Assembly: GCA_052327205.1 (NCBI GenBank)
Contig: CM126204.1
Span: forward strand, 349,990,001 to 350,054,000
DNA: 64,000 nucleotides
Source: Somniosus microcephalus
Lineage: Eukaryota
Reading direction: 5' to 3'
Part shown: positions 49,332-61,300 of the stretch, in pieces
Position numbering within the stretch: the stretch's first letter is position 1
Layout: the number at the start of each line of letters is the position of its first letter
Program-made: the position numbers and the translations under genes
The notes under the pieces: model-generated
Told to the model about the DNA's origin: nothing
What the model saw: only the letters and a program-made list of their open reading frames with translations
The model's database searches: none

Positions 49332-52300
49332 ACATGCCACACATCAATTTCAGACATGATCAGCTAAGAACGCATTTTTACCTTCAGGAAGTGTCCATGG
49401 GATGTGGCTTTGTCTTTTGTATGATATTAACAAGTACTAATAGTTGATTGCGGCTGTGTTAGGAAGGGGTTAGGAACACAGGCGCTATGTACGCCAAGAG
49501 GCTGGGGATATAGGTGCTATGTCAGGAATACAGGCGCTATGTACGCCAAGAGGCTTGGTATTGTTTTCTTACAAGTGCTGAAGATAGGAATTATACATCT
49601 AGTATGCGCCATAAGCAAATTGTTTTATGTACTAAAGACAGCATGGTGCCGTACATCCGATCACACTAAATTAAAATCATATAATGTAACATTTACGTTT
49701 TCTTATAAGAACCAATTAATCGCAACTATTTTTGAGTAAACAGCGAAGTGATATTTCCCTGTCTTAAAAACAGCACAACTGCCAATAGGTGCAGAAAATA
49801 ATATCGGGCAAGTAATGCTCGTTACAGATCTTTGCACGAATAGGAAGTGTCGGAGTCACACACCTGTCTGTAAATATCAGAAACGGTCTGACCTGACCTA
49901 TCAAACCATAATATTGTAGTGTTGGATCATGTCAGAAAATAGGAAATAAGCTGGACTGAACTTTTAAAGGACTTCGAACAACTTCTAATGTTAGATGACA
50001 CACAACAGGTGCGGTGTACAGGCTGTATCTGTCTGGCATGCGTATACAGTGCGATTTGTTGCAAATGAGATATTTTAAGTGTTGTTTTTATAATACAGAA
50101 ACTCTGTCGGCCATTAGAGGCCCAGTAGAACTTATATCCTCTTAAGCGTTTTGTTTTGTTTCTAGATTATACTTTAAATACTTTAAGAACAAACTTTAAA
50201 ATATCGCAGACAACAAAGCACCAAACATTCTATTTATTTTATTTCCATCATATTAATTCCTATCCTTTTCTTACCAAGTAAAAGGAAAGACAGTTATACA
50301 TTTCAAGTGTTCATTTTCGCAGAAAGCTACACAGGTACTAACAGTTCTGATATATACATGTATTTACTGCTTGTACAGATACATCTATAGAATCTAAAAC
50401 GTGCTCAAGTACCAATCAAAACCCTAACCTGTAGGAAATATTGTTTTAGTAAGTCCAGTGCTTGCTTACAACGGTTATTTTTATTGTCCAACGTAAAGTG
50501 GGTATCTGTCCATAACGCGTTTCACACAAAGGTGATACATGTACACGGGTATCTAGGATCTATGTGCACCGATATACAAGTTAGTTCATCCCAAACGTGT
50601 ACCATATTTGTACATGGTGTTCAGATCGAAAGTTGTGCAGGCTTTGTATTTATCGATTTCTGATGCAAGCTTATAGTTTTTCAACCGCCTAATTTCTATG
50701 CTAACTGTTGCACAATTTAAAGTTTGCAAATGTACTACTTCGGCATGTCCTGTCAACCTCTCGTTACCATTTAGATGAGTTTGACATTTCATCGGGCACT
50801 CTATCCAAAACATCTAGCCCAGTTGTTCATTTGTATATCACTCAGTTAAAGATCATAATAAATAATATTGCAGTTAAAAATACGATGGTTTCAAATACAT
50901 CTTGAATTAATTTATTGAGAGCTGATTGTGAAGTTTGCATCTGCAGGTTCACTCTGCGAATTCGGCCAAGGAGGTTGGGTTATGTGCTCGCGAAGATTCA
51001 GTAACCAGCAAAATCAATCCTACAGGCGCTATTCAGTTTCTCCAACTCGTGGATGAAATAATACAACCACTTGTACAATTATTTATGCCGAAATTTTAAA
51101 CATTGATTTCCCCCCACCCCCCCCTTCCCCTTCATGCCTATGAATATTCGTGGGTGTAAAACTCTTCGCTTTCTCTGTATCCGCCTACGTTTTGCTATTT
51201 GCTTATATCAGAAATGTAGAGGTTCAATGAAAACCCAACCTTCAGACGTACTACCTATGAAACCGGTGCATTTATTTACAATACTGCACAAGTGTTGCAC
51301 AAACCGAATGATTTCATCATATTAAATATATGAACATTAGGTTAAAAATGATACTTTTGAAACAAGAAAGGTACAGACCTCTATAGGTATGTGTCACATC
51401 ACTGCAATAATACAGAAAACAGTAATCAACTTGACCTGAGAGTCGGCCTGGGCCAGTCTTTTTAAAAGGGGTTGGTCCGGTGGATATCCAGAACAAGGAG
51501 CTCGGGCGGCAAAAAGGCACATCAGAGAGTAGTGTTGGACTGCAACAGATCCCTCTCATTATGTAACTCTTCAGAGAAAGGAGAGATGGAAAACTGACTG
51601 AGGTACGCTACTCATTCCATTTTAAAATCGTAGAACAATGTGTGAATTTACCCTTTTATGTTTTGTTTACATATGTATAAGTCCTTCGTTTAAATATTTT
51701 CCACACGCCATACAGCTATAGCAATTAAATTTCTCTTCACGCAACCAACCTGTCTATATTTCGGCTGTATATGTGTTTAGATCGTAGCTAAAGTAATACA
51801 CACAGGCTATATTTATGCAGCTGCAATAAATGCTCAGCATTACATAGAACGTCTTCGCGATCTTGTATTACTTTAGAAGAGTTGCTAGACGTGATCAATA
51901 TCTTTCCTTTTAAATATGTATTAACACTACAGCTAGTTCTCTTGTCTCTGAAGCATGGGAGCATTTTTCCGTGAGATTTTTAAATTGTCAAGAGAGAAAA
52001 AAAAAAGATTCGGTAAACCGACAAAGACAATAAAAATGTATGTTACCTTGGTCGGAAAAGTCCTTAAAATGAAAAGCTGAAGTAAAATCCAAGTCCTGAA
52101 AGTTTGAATCATTCATTAGCACCTTATAATTACCCTGCTAATTAGGCTGACACAGTACTTAATCATGAGTAATACGCCGTCATGTCATTGGCACTTCCCA
52201 TTATTCTGACATTCAACAAGACCCAGGTTTCAGGCCGTACTGAAATTAACACAAGTTGATACACTCTGAAACACCAGTGGAATCATTTCCAGTCCCCCGG

Positions 52301-53334
52301 CGGATCCGCAAAAAAATATATTTCTCTTTTCTCGCCAACAATGCCAGAAGACGCTTTGGCGGAATCGCGCGATTATGCTTCAAAAACAATTAACTTCGTC
52401 CAAGACTGTTAAAGACAATGCAGGGTAAAGCACCGCAATAAAAAAGGAGCATTTAAACGCACACATGCACGCACACACATGAACAGGATCGACGAGTAGA
52501 GTATTGGGGGGAAAACACACGCACGAAATTAAGGCAATGGAACAAATACACCAAGTTGCACAATGATATGTTATTTAAATGTTCTGCAGCTTATGTTTCA
52601 CGAACGACCTTAACATTTGTATAAATAGGAAAAGAGTCAAAGCGAAGAGAATGATATAGGATGTTGCAGCGTTTCAAGTTGAAGGATAACTACAAGAGCT
52701 GCTTGTTTCGATCACTGCTGCCTCTTGCAAGATGTGCACAAGATTGTAGCATTCTCCTCTGATCATGCAATGCTTGAGTCAGGGGTAAACAAAACAAAAA
52801 TAACATTTGTTTAGAAAAGCGAATAATTTCCCAGTCACCCACACTGTAAACAATCTTTACTTTGCATTGGCATTAAACAGGCTTAATTGGTGCTGATGGG
52901 GGGTAAATAAACAAAGATTAAAGTGATCATTCGCCGGGGCAGAAGATTATGCAAATGAATATATATTTATTTACGATGTAGTATGTTGCATTTACAGTAG
53001 GAATTTGTGTAAGATGGCCGTTTCCGATTTACTCCCTAGATTTTAAATTGGACGATTTAATATATATAACAAGAATAGTTTCAATTGTGTAAATGGACCT
53101 ATTGTTCCTGTGGTTTTATTCGTGATTCCCCCTTTTGTTTTAGAATATGCCAGGCTATGGTAATAATGGTTGAATAAACGATGCAATCGCAGCATTTTAA
53201 ATATATATATATATATACATTTTAAATGAAAGCTATATTTTGGGGAGTGTAGCTTTGAATGCTGCAGACGCTGGCGGTTGACTAAAAGAGCATCTCGGGC
53301 TCGATCGCCTGCTCTAAATTGACAAGATAAAATA

Positions 53335-53480
53335 CGGCCTGTCTGATTGGCTTGTTGCTTGTAACGTCAGCCTGTTAGGCATTAGCAGACCAATGGGCGG
53401 AAAGAGTAATAAAATATGCGCTGGATTATAATAAGGAAAAAAATATGACACTCTGCAATGGCAGTGACGTCAGGTTAGGA
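53335..53480 (+). promoter_or_regulatory. Putative barhl2 proximal promoter
   Basis: ATTGG 53346-53350, CCAAT 53390-53394, CRE-like TAACGTCA, AT-rich TATA-like attataataa near 53425, full CRE TGACGTCA 53465-53472; about 450-580 bp upstream of the ATG. Confidence 0.55.
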
Positions 53481-53920
53481 AGCAATTGTCGCCCAGCTCA
53501 AGCGATTACTAGCTAAAGAGAGCGTGGTGTCTCGGAGTTATCCCTGCTTCATCCCGCCACACCTCAACTTCCAACAAAGTTGAATAACTAGCGCAAACGT
53601 CGTGGATTATCCCAGACTTTTTTTTTCTTGCAAATTCCTGATGTATTAATTTTTTTTTTAAAGTTTGTTTTTTGAAAACCAAATCTGTGCAAGGCTATCT
53701 TTGTCTAGCCAAGTTTATAGCACGTGCGAGCTTACATTTTCATTTTGTTTAAAAAAAAATTCTCTGATGCTTCAGAAGACAGCAAAAAAGAAACGGTTAG
53801 TCCACACACACACACACACACTGATTGCCAACGCTTCTCCTTTTTGAACAGCCTCATCGCAAACTCAATTAAAGTACTGGTTGTGATGAAGACGCGCTCT
53901 TAAAATTCTAACCAACCGCG

Positions 53921-54446
53921 ATGGAAGGATCCAGCGGGTCTAGCTTTGGAATAGACACTATTTTGTCCAACAGTTCCGGCAGTCCTGTGCTGGTGAACGG
54001 TGATTTTCGCCACGGTGACAACAGGACTTCAGATTTCAGAAATCAGGCCACCCCGTCCCCGAGCTCGGAGATAGACACTGTGGGGACGGCTCCCCTATCG
54101 CCGCTCTCCATGGAGCCGCACCAAGAGCAACATCTCGGCCCGGACAACCTCCATCCCCATCAGCAGCAAAGTTTGCAACAGCAGCAGCAGCAACAGCAGC
54201 AACAGCAACTGGCAGCCGGCAGCTCCGGCCCCAGGACTTCCACCTCCTCTTTTTTAATCAAAGACATTTTGGGCGATAGCAAACCGCTGGCAGCCTGCGC
54301 CCCTTACAGCACCAGCGTCTCGTCACCCCACACCCCCAAACCAGAGGCAGAGTCCTTCAGGCAAAAGACAGAACCCGAAGAGTGTAAAAACCGGGACAAG
54401 CTCGACAAACGAGATGACACTCAAAGTGATAGCATCAAATGCAACG
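53921..54446 (+). CDS. barhl2: BarH-like homeobox 2, coding exon 1
   Basis: MEGSSGSSFGIDTILS..NGDFR..QATPSPSSEIDTVGTAP..RTSTSSFLIKDILGDSKPLAACAPYSTSVSSPH matches vertebrate BARHL2; two eh1/FIL motifs; donor G|GTGAGT; 526 nt (phase 1). Confidence 0.97.
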
Positions 54447-55995
54447 GTGAGTCCGCCTGTCTCTTGTGATTTTTTATATTATTATATATATATATATATA
54501 TATCGGTGCTGCTTGTTTTTGGTAATTTGCAACTAACAGTTTTGCAAGTGCTACAGACATATGTAACGCTGCACACTGACAGCTTTAGGTGGCATGGAGG
54601 GAATTGTCAAGGCTTTCAAGACATATCATGAACAAAAACCGAGAGCTTCGTTTGAATAATGTTTGGGACGCTTCAGAGGTTACAGTCCTGGCTAATGATG
54701 CTTATTTGTTTCGTTCAGGGGTTCTTTAAACATTTGCTTTCGACTGGTGGCGTGTCGCTGTCACCTTTGTTTATTCTTGTTTTGTGCCGAGGCACTGAGA
54801 CTAGTAAATAGACTGTACTGTATATCCCACGCCTTTTCAAAACTACTGAGATTGAACGCATATGTAATTGCGAGCCGGCAGCACACGGGAGCTGTTCATA
54901 TTCAGGGCAATGCTAACGTGGGTTGCAAAGACAGGCAGGCCTAGTTATTTTTTCTCTCTCGCTAAATTATCGTATCTTCTCGCTTTTATCGGTTGTAATT
55001 AGGATATGGGAAGTGCAGAAATGCACCCGCAATTATTCATACAACGAGGGGATTATTTAATGCACTGAATTACACGGAATCAGCAATTTTAGAACGCCAG
55101 CCGATTTTGATGATTTTTTGGTGGGGAATATACACGGATTGATATAATTGGTCCTTTCCCCGCGACAGTTAACATGCTAATAGTTTATAATGACTGTTAT
55201 AACAAGTATACAATAAAGGAAAATGTGCGATCAATAGAATGATCTTTTTTTATATACTAAATCCGCTTTAATATAAGATGATCACTTGCCAAACACTTCT
55301 AATGATACTTTATCACCATCAGCCATCTCCCGTTGTTGTAAATTGTGTGTAAATGAAAAAAACTGGCCTTATTTTTATAATTCATTCAGTGATTACTATT
55401 AGCATAATAGAGAGGGGGGAAAAAAACAGATGTAGAGTCTGGTCTGGCGATTTTTATGCCCAAACCTCCCCAGTGGGTCAATTAGAGAGATTATTGTTTT
55501 TCCTGCAGGGGAGATCATGGAGCGCTGCAAAAACTGGTACAAATAGAGATGGATTGACATATCGATTTCCCAGCATTTCAGGAAAAACTCAAAGTTGACA
55601 AATAGTATCCGGAATTCTTAAAGCCATCAGCCGGACGTGTATCCCTATCGAAAGATTCGAAACACACTGAATCAGTTACAAGTTTAGTTCTCGTTACTAT
55701 TAAGGTCGATGGGTCGGCAAATAATTACATTTAATTTTTCTTTTTGCATTTTAAATACACGGGCTTTTTGAATTAATTAATAGATTTAAAATCGGCACAA
55801 ATATTGTGCTATAAATTGGAACTCTGTGAAAGGCACGCAAACGGCTATTTTGCACATGCAAATGATATGCAAAATTGTACGGGGAAATTTGAACTTTTTT
55901 TTGCAAATAAGGTTACAGGATGCTTCTCAAACTAACATTGCTGTTATTGGTGCTGGGCACTTGGATTCATGCGCTGCGATTATATCTCGTGTTAG

Positions 55996-56221
55996 GAACA
56001 AAAGAAGAAGGCGACCGTGAAATAACGAGTAGCCGGGAAAGTCCTCCTGTGCGGGCGAAGAAGCCTCGGAAAGCGAGGACGGCCTTCTCCGACCACCAGC
56101 TCAATCAACTGGAGCGCAGTTTCGAGCGCCAGAAATACCTGAGTGTCCAGGACCGCATGGATCTGGCCGCGGCTCTCAACCTGACTGACACCCAGGTCAA
56201 AACCTGGTATCAGAACAGGAG
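55996..56221 (+). CDS. barhl2: BarH-like homeobox 2, coding exon 2 (most of the homeodomain)
   Basis: Acceptor gttag|; [76 protein letters not shown] with the Bar-specific WYQN; donor AG|GTACGT; 226 nt. Confidence 0.98.
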
Positions 56222-57710
56222 GTACGTGAGACGTACTGATACAATCATTGCCGCAATCTGTGTACATCGAAACGGTGCTGCCCACAATCTGTGTATAATC
56301 TGTGTCGGTATATTATAGAAACTTATCTTATACAAGATGGCACATATTCTGCTTTAAACAGTCAGGCTGTAAAAGTATTTCCACCCTGAAGATAAGCACG
56401 CTGCACTGAAATAACGGTGCGAACTATTGACAGCACCAGAAATGCATGGACACTAGTCAGCTGCTATGCACAAAAACAAACGGAAACTGTGCTCCAGAAG
56501 CGGATTTCTTTTTGCACTGAGAGCGAAAGGGAGAGGTTCTAAGACAAACACAAGGAATCCATGAACACTTCAAACATTTTCAAAATAGTTCCTGTACATC
56601 TTCAAACTTTGCAAGCAGAGTCCAATTTTAGCCTTTAGGTTTATCAGATGGAGATTGGCTTATTTTTTTTAATGATCTTATTTTAAAAATGCGTTTTATA
56701 TGTTTCTGTAAAGCAAAGGATGTGCATTGAAGTGGAGGCTTTCAGCTACTGTTTAAGATCGCAGCTATATTTTCGTGAAGTGTGTTTATTGTAAATGCAT
56801 TTGGGCGCATTTGTTCGATTTTAAAAAATAGTTTAATTTGAAATGTTCTCAAATTGTACGTTAAACATCTACGTTTAGAACGCAAAGAAAGGCCATTTTT
56901 TTCACCGAACGCAATTCTGTTTTAGTTATAAGATATTCCGATATCTTCGTCCATCCTCGGCTACTAAAACAGGATGCGAAATTTTGCTTTGACCGCAGTT
57001 CAGTGTAACTGGAGTTGAAAATGGGCGTCCAGTTGCCATCCATGCCACAGTTTTTCTGTCTCATTACATACAGTTTTCAGCCATGCTAACTCTGTCAGAA
57101 AACATTAACCTCAGCTGTTCCCAAATCTAAACACGGTTTAATGCATTATACTTTTTAGCCTTTTAGCTTATTATTCCAATCCGTTTTTGTTAATTGCTCA
57201 GATAAAGCTTTGCACAGCGCGCATGCACACTGAAGACATTTAGCTGAAGCAGTCTCCTATATTTGCCTCGGAGCCATGCATTCCCACCTTACTGTGGGTC
57301 AATCTGGCATTAACATTTCAGTTGCTTATATTTACTAATTTGGCTTGCAATAAATTAACATACCGAGCCGCTCAAAATAGGTTTAATGCTAAGAATGGCT
57401 TGTGAGTTGCGAAGATTCGTCCTTTTTAATACACATTTATTGGAGCTATTTGTTTTTAAGCATAATCTAAAATATTCAGAACCTCTCTAATTATATAATC
57501 AATCTGTGCACAGCTTCAATTCAGTATAAGAAGCGCATTTGAAACCCCCAGATAAATGCCATTGCTGGGTATTTTGTGCTCTGCGTTGCCTCTTGTTACA
57601 CCATGGTGTGGAGATGCCGCCTCTTTCATTTCACTTAAGGGTTATTTGCACGGTGTTATTTACAAAGGCCCCCTCTAATTGTATTCTTGGCTATTTCTGC
57701 ACTATTTCAG

Positions 57711-58002
57711 GACGAAGTGGAAGAGGCAGACGGCGGTGGGACTGGAGCTGTTGGCCGAGGCCGGAAATTACTCCGCTTTGCAGAGAATGTTCCCATCTCC
57801 CTATTTCTACCACCCGAGCCTACTCACTAACATGGACACGACGGCGGCGGCAGCCATGTACATGTACCGGACTCCACCGCCTCACCCCGGACTGCAGCGA
57901 CCGCTCGTCCCGCGGGTCCTCATCCACGGGCTCGGCCCGGCAGGACAACCTGCACTCAATCCCCTGCCCAACCCCATCCCCGGCACACCACACCCCCGGT
58001 GA
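57711..58002 (+). CDS. barhl2: BarH-like homeobox 2, coding exon 3
   Basis: Acceptor tttcag|; TKWKRQTAVGLELLAEAGNYSALQRMFPSPYFYHPSLL..QRPLVPRVLIHGLGP..PIPGTPHPR*; exons sum to 1044 nt = 347 aa + stop. Confidence 0.98.
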
Positions 58003-58355
58003 AAAACAGAGAGGGGGGGGGGTGTTGGGGTGGGGTGTGTGTGTGTGTGTGTGGAAAAAAAACACAAGACTGTGGAAAAGCCGCTAAGAGGGACATAAAA
58101 CGGACTCTGCTCTAATGTAAGAGAAAAGAAGAAAAAAGGTCAAGGCTAATGGACTTGGAACTTTGCACTGATTTCTCATGACCTTTTTATCTGAACGTGG
58201 CATGCACCAGAATAGTAAGAAGTGTACATTTCGAGGACTGGGTGATTTACGCGTATTTATTATATGTCGTCAGAGAAATCCGGGTTGAAACTATATAAAC
58301 ATTAGTAAAGTACATACAGATTTTTTTTCTCATTTTCATGCAGTCTTTTCAATCA

Positions 58356-58361
58356 AATAAA
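58356..58361 (+). terminator. Putative barhl2 polyadenylation signal
   Basis: First AATAAA I found after the stop codon, followed by GT/T-rich sequence (gtgttttatttcgtagtttggtttctgtc). Confidence 0.65.
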
Positions 58362-61300
58362 TACTTAGATCAAGTAAACTAGTGTTTTATTTCGTAGTTT
58401 GGTTTCTGTCTTTTAAGTTAAATGTAAAAAAAAACATTTAAATAGACTGTATTTAATAAGGCAATATATAACATGTAATAATTATTTATGGAATAGTGTT
58501 GCGATTGAAAGGACATAATTGGGTTGCTGGTGAGATTTGATTCTAAAAGGTGAGCCAAATGGAAAGTTTCCAGCGAGATGCAAAGACTAATTGAAAGGGG
58601 GCTCTATGGAAAGCTGGGTTACGAAGCTCCGGTTAATTCGCCGAAATAATATTATGACGTGAGTTGAAATTGCGACAAAAAAATAGTCAGCGACCAGGCT
58701 GCTTTCCGCCATCAATTAGTTCGGCAAAGTTTGGAAATTTCATTTGGGGAGGGAATCTTGTGATCCAGATGCAAACAGGAGATTGATTTATCACCGCGCT
58801 TGATTTTAACAAAATTATCATTGCTGCCGGTATTTTTTTTTTAAAGTATGTTTTGGGATGTTTACAACGGCAGCTAGTGAATATTGTATGGGTGCTCCCA
58901 ATTTTTTTTTTTTGGAATAGTTAACAGCGCATCATAATGGATGGTTTGTTAGGCTGGCTGGCCTGCCTGGGAAACGGGAGTTTGTCCCAGTCTGGCAGCT
59001 GTTGTAGGGAAGCATACGCTTGAAAGCACCGGCTTCGCCAGACAGCAGGCGCAAGGCTGCTCAGCGTGAGCAATTGGAGGGGGGGAAAAAAACCCAGGGC
59101 GAGCATCTTTAATGCGAGAGAGAGATCGCAGCCATAATCTCACCTACACCCCTCACCTAGTGTGATCTAACGGCGACTACGTGGTAATGACAACCAAAAG
59201 CTTTTAGTCACCTTCCCCTAAGCTCATCAAAACACCGTCTGATCTTGCTCTAATGCGCGGTGACAAATCTCCAACCGCCTTACACTGAATTAAGAAGGAC
59301 GAAAAAAGAACCCAATTGTGTAACGTCAACTTTTGGCACAGCCAGTAAAACTTTTCAAAATGATAACTGAAATGGATTTACTGCGATGATATTGAATGTG
59401 TTTTAAATATTGTTGATGGTATATTGTAGCTAATGAGTACAGCAAATGGGTATTACTGTACTATTGATGAATTGGTGAATTGAAGGTGTGACCTGTCAAA
59501 AAAGGAAAAGAGTCGCGGAGCAGGAATTTACCTAATTATACACTGCTGATATATAATTTATCAAAGCGCATGGCTCTTTCTAAACAGACTTGCAAACAAA
59601 ATTCCCATCTGCTGGCACCCTCCCAGCAGTCAGGGGTTTATTCCCCTCAAAATATATATCAGCGTTTTGCGTGAGGTAGCCGAGCCCACAGAGCATCGGC
59701 ATCAGCGAGCTGGACTGCCTGTAATTATAAAGAAATAATGAAGTTACATAAACATTAATATACATTTGGAAGTAAAAAAAAATGATCATTTCCCCTGGAG
59801 GTTTGTAGTCGCATGGTGCTTTCATATGAATAGACTCCAGAATGCAAGAGCCTCGGGGCACCTTTGTTTTGGATCCCGTAATTGCAGAATCATTTGCTGA
59901 TTTCTCTACTAATAAATTCGCGTTAAAAACAGATTGACCTCAGCAACGGCCTAATGAAAGGGAATAAATGGCACGGTGACGCCCACCTCATTTTCCCCTC
60001 ACTCGCTGAACCTTTGCAATCACCTCGTCTCTGTTGGGGGCTGTTTGTTCAGTCCCTGATCAACCTGCTTTCAGTTATTTCCTATAATTAGAATTGACGT
60101 GCCCAGATTGTATTAGTTTCAAGTTTATTATGTGGACAACAATCATTTCAGACGAATTTACTTCAGAAGCTGATTTTTCCGCCGCAAGTAACGAGATGGA
60201 ACCTGTTGTCAAATTGAACCCATCAAATTGCAGGGTTTGAGCCAACAGGGGATCGCGAGGGTTCAAAGTGACAACTTGGAACGAAATCTTCCCCTTTAAC
60301 CGGACATGGAGCTTAATGACTGTCCTTTTAGCCAGAGCTACACGTTTATCAGTTCGACGAGTTACATTAACTTCAACTTTTCGCTACTTTTCTACTCGGA
60401 GTATTATTAACAGTAACAACCCATGTGCAACGCTTACTGTCTCATAGATTGAGAACCCAGACTGACTGCCTGACCCAGGCGCTTGCTGTGTTTAAACAGG
60501 TTATTTAACTCCGGTAACAGCAACAAACCCGGAAATAATTCGCCAAATTGGAAGTTCAAATCTCCTGCAAGATCAAGAAGTTGTTTAATTTGTTTAAGTT
60601 GTTACAGTCTAATTACACAACCAATTCGAGAATGTCAGTTACATCTTCCGAACCAAAGGTCATGTTAGTATTTCACTTGTGCTGACTAAATAATGTCATT
60701 AGCAAAAACAAAAACACTTTTAACAACAGTTTAAAATAAATCGTCGTTATCGGGTGAATACGAAACTTAAATGATCCAAGCTCAATTAGATATTTAAATT
60801 GGCGATTATTTAATTTTTATGTTATTATTGAGAGCTTTCAGTCCAATTCGCTTTTTAAATTTGTAATTTTGATCATTCCGAATGATATGAATTAGTTATT
60901 TCAGGGCTGACTTTGCATACAGAATAAATTGATATTGGACTAACGAATACCTACCCACAGATTAATGCTCTAAAATAAATGATAGATTTTTGGTCATTAA
61001 GATTTTCTAAAAGCTTCCACCGCAGAAACTCTCAGAATTAAACAGAAGGTTACTTGCAAGCGTTGGTGTGATTACGGCTACAGTTTGGTGGGCCTCGCGT
61101 TCTGCCTCATAAACCTTTGTTGAATGCGCTCTAATCCTGTTGTTAGATAACCTGAGACGAACGCTCAGTGGGACCGACAGGATCTGCGTCTGTTTTTAGT
61201 TTACACGGCGCATCCCTCTCCTGGCTGCTTGGAGAGTGCAAAAACGTCGGAGGCAAAGAACACATAGTTCAAAAACTCCGTGTCACCATTTTATACAAAC

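Noticed and set aside
55920-55995. Signal-peptide-like leader [13 protein letters not shown] on the exon 2 ORF
   Set aside because: Intronic read-through upstream of the canonical acceptor at 55995; no support for an alternative start
53921-58002. barhl1 instead of barhl2
   Set aside because: N-terminus, the [30 protein letters not shown] homeodomain and the PGTPHPR C-terminus match BARHL2 as I recall it
57539-58087. 182-aa ORF overlapping exon 3
   Set aside because: Alternative frame of a GC-rich exon with no recognisable domain
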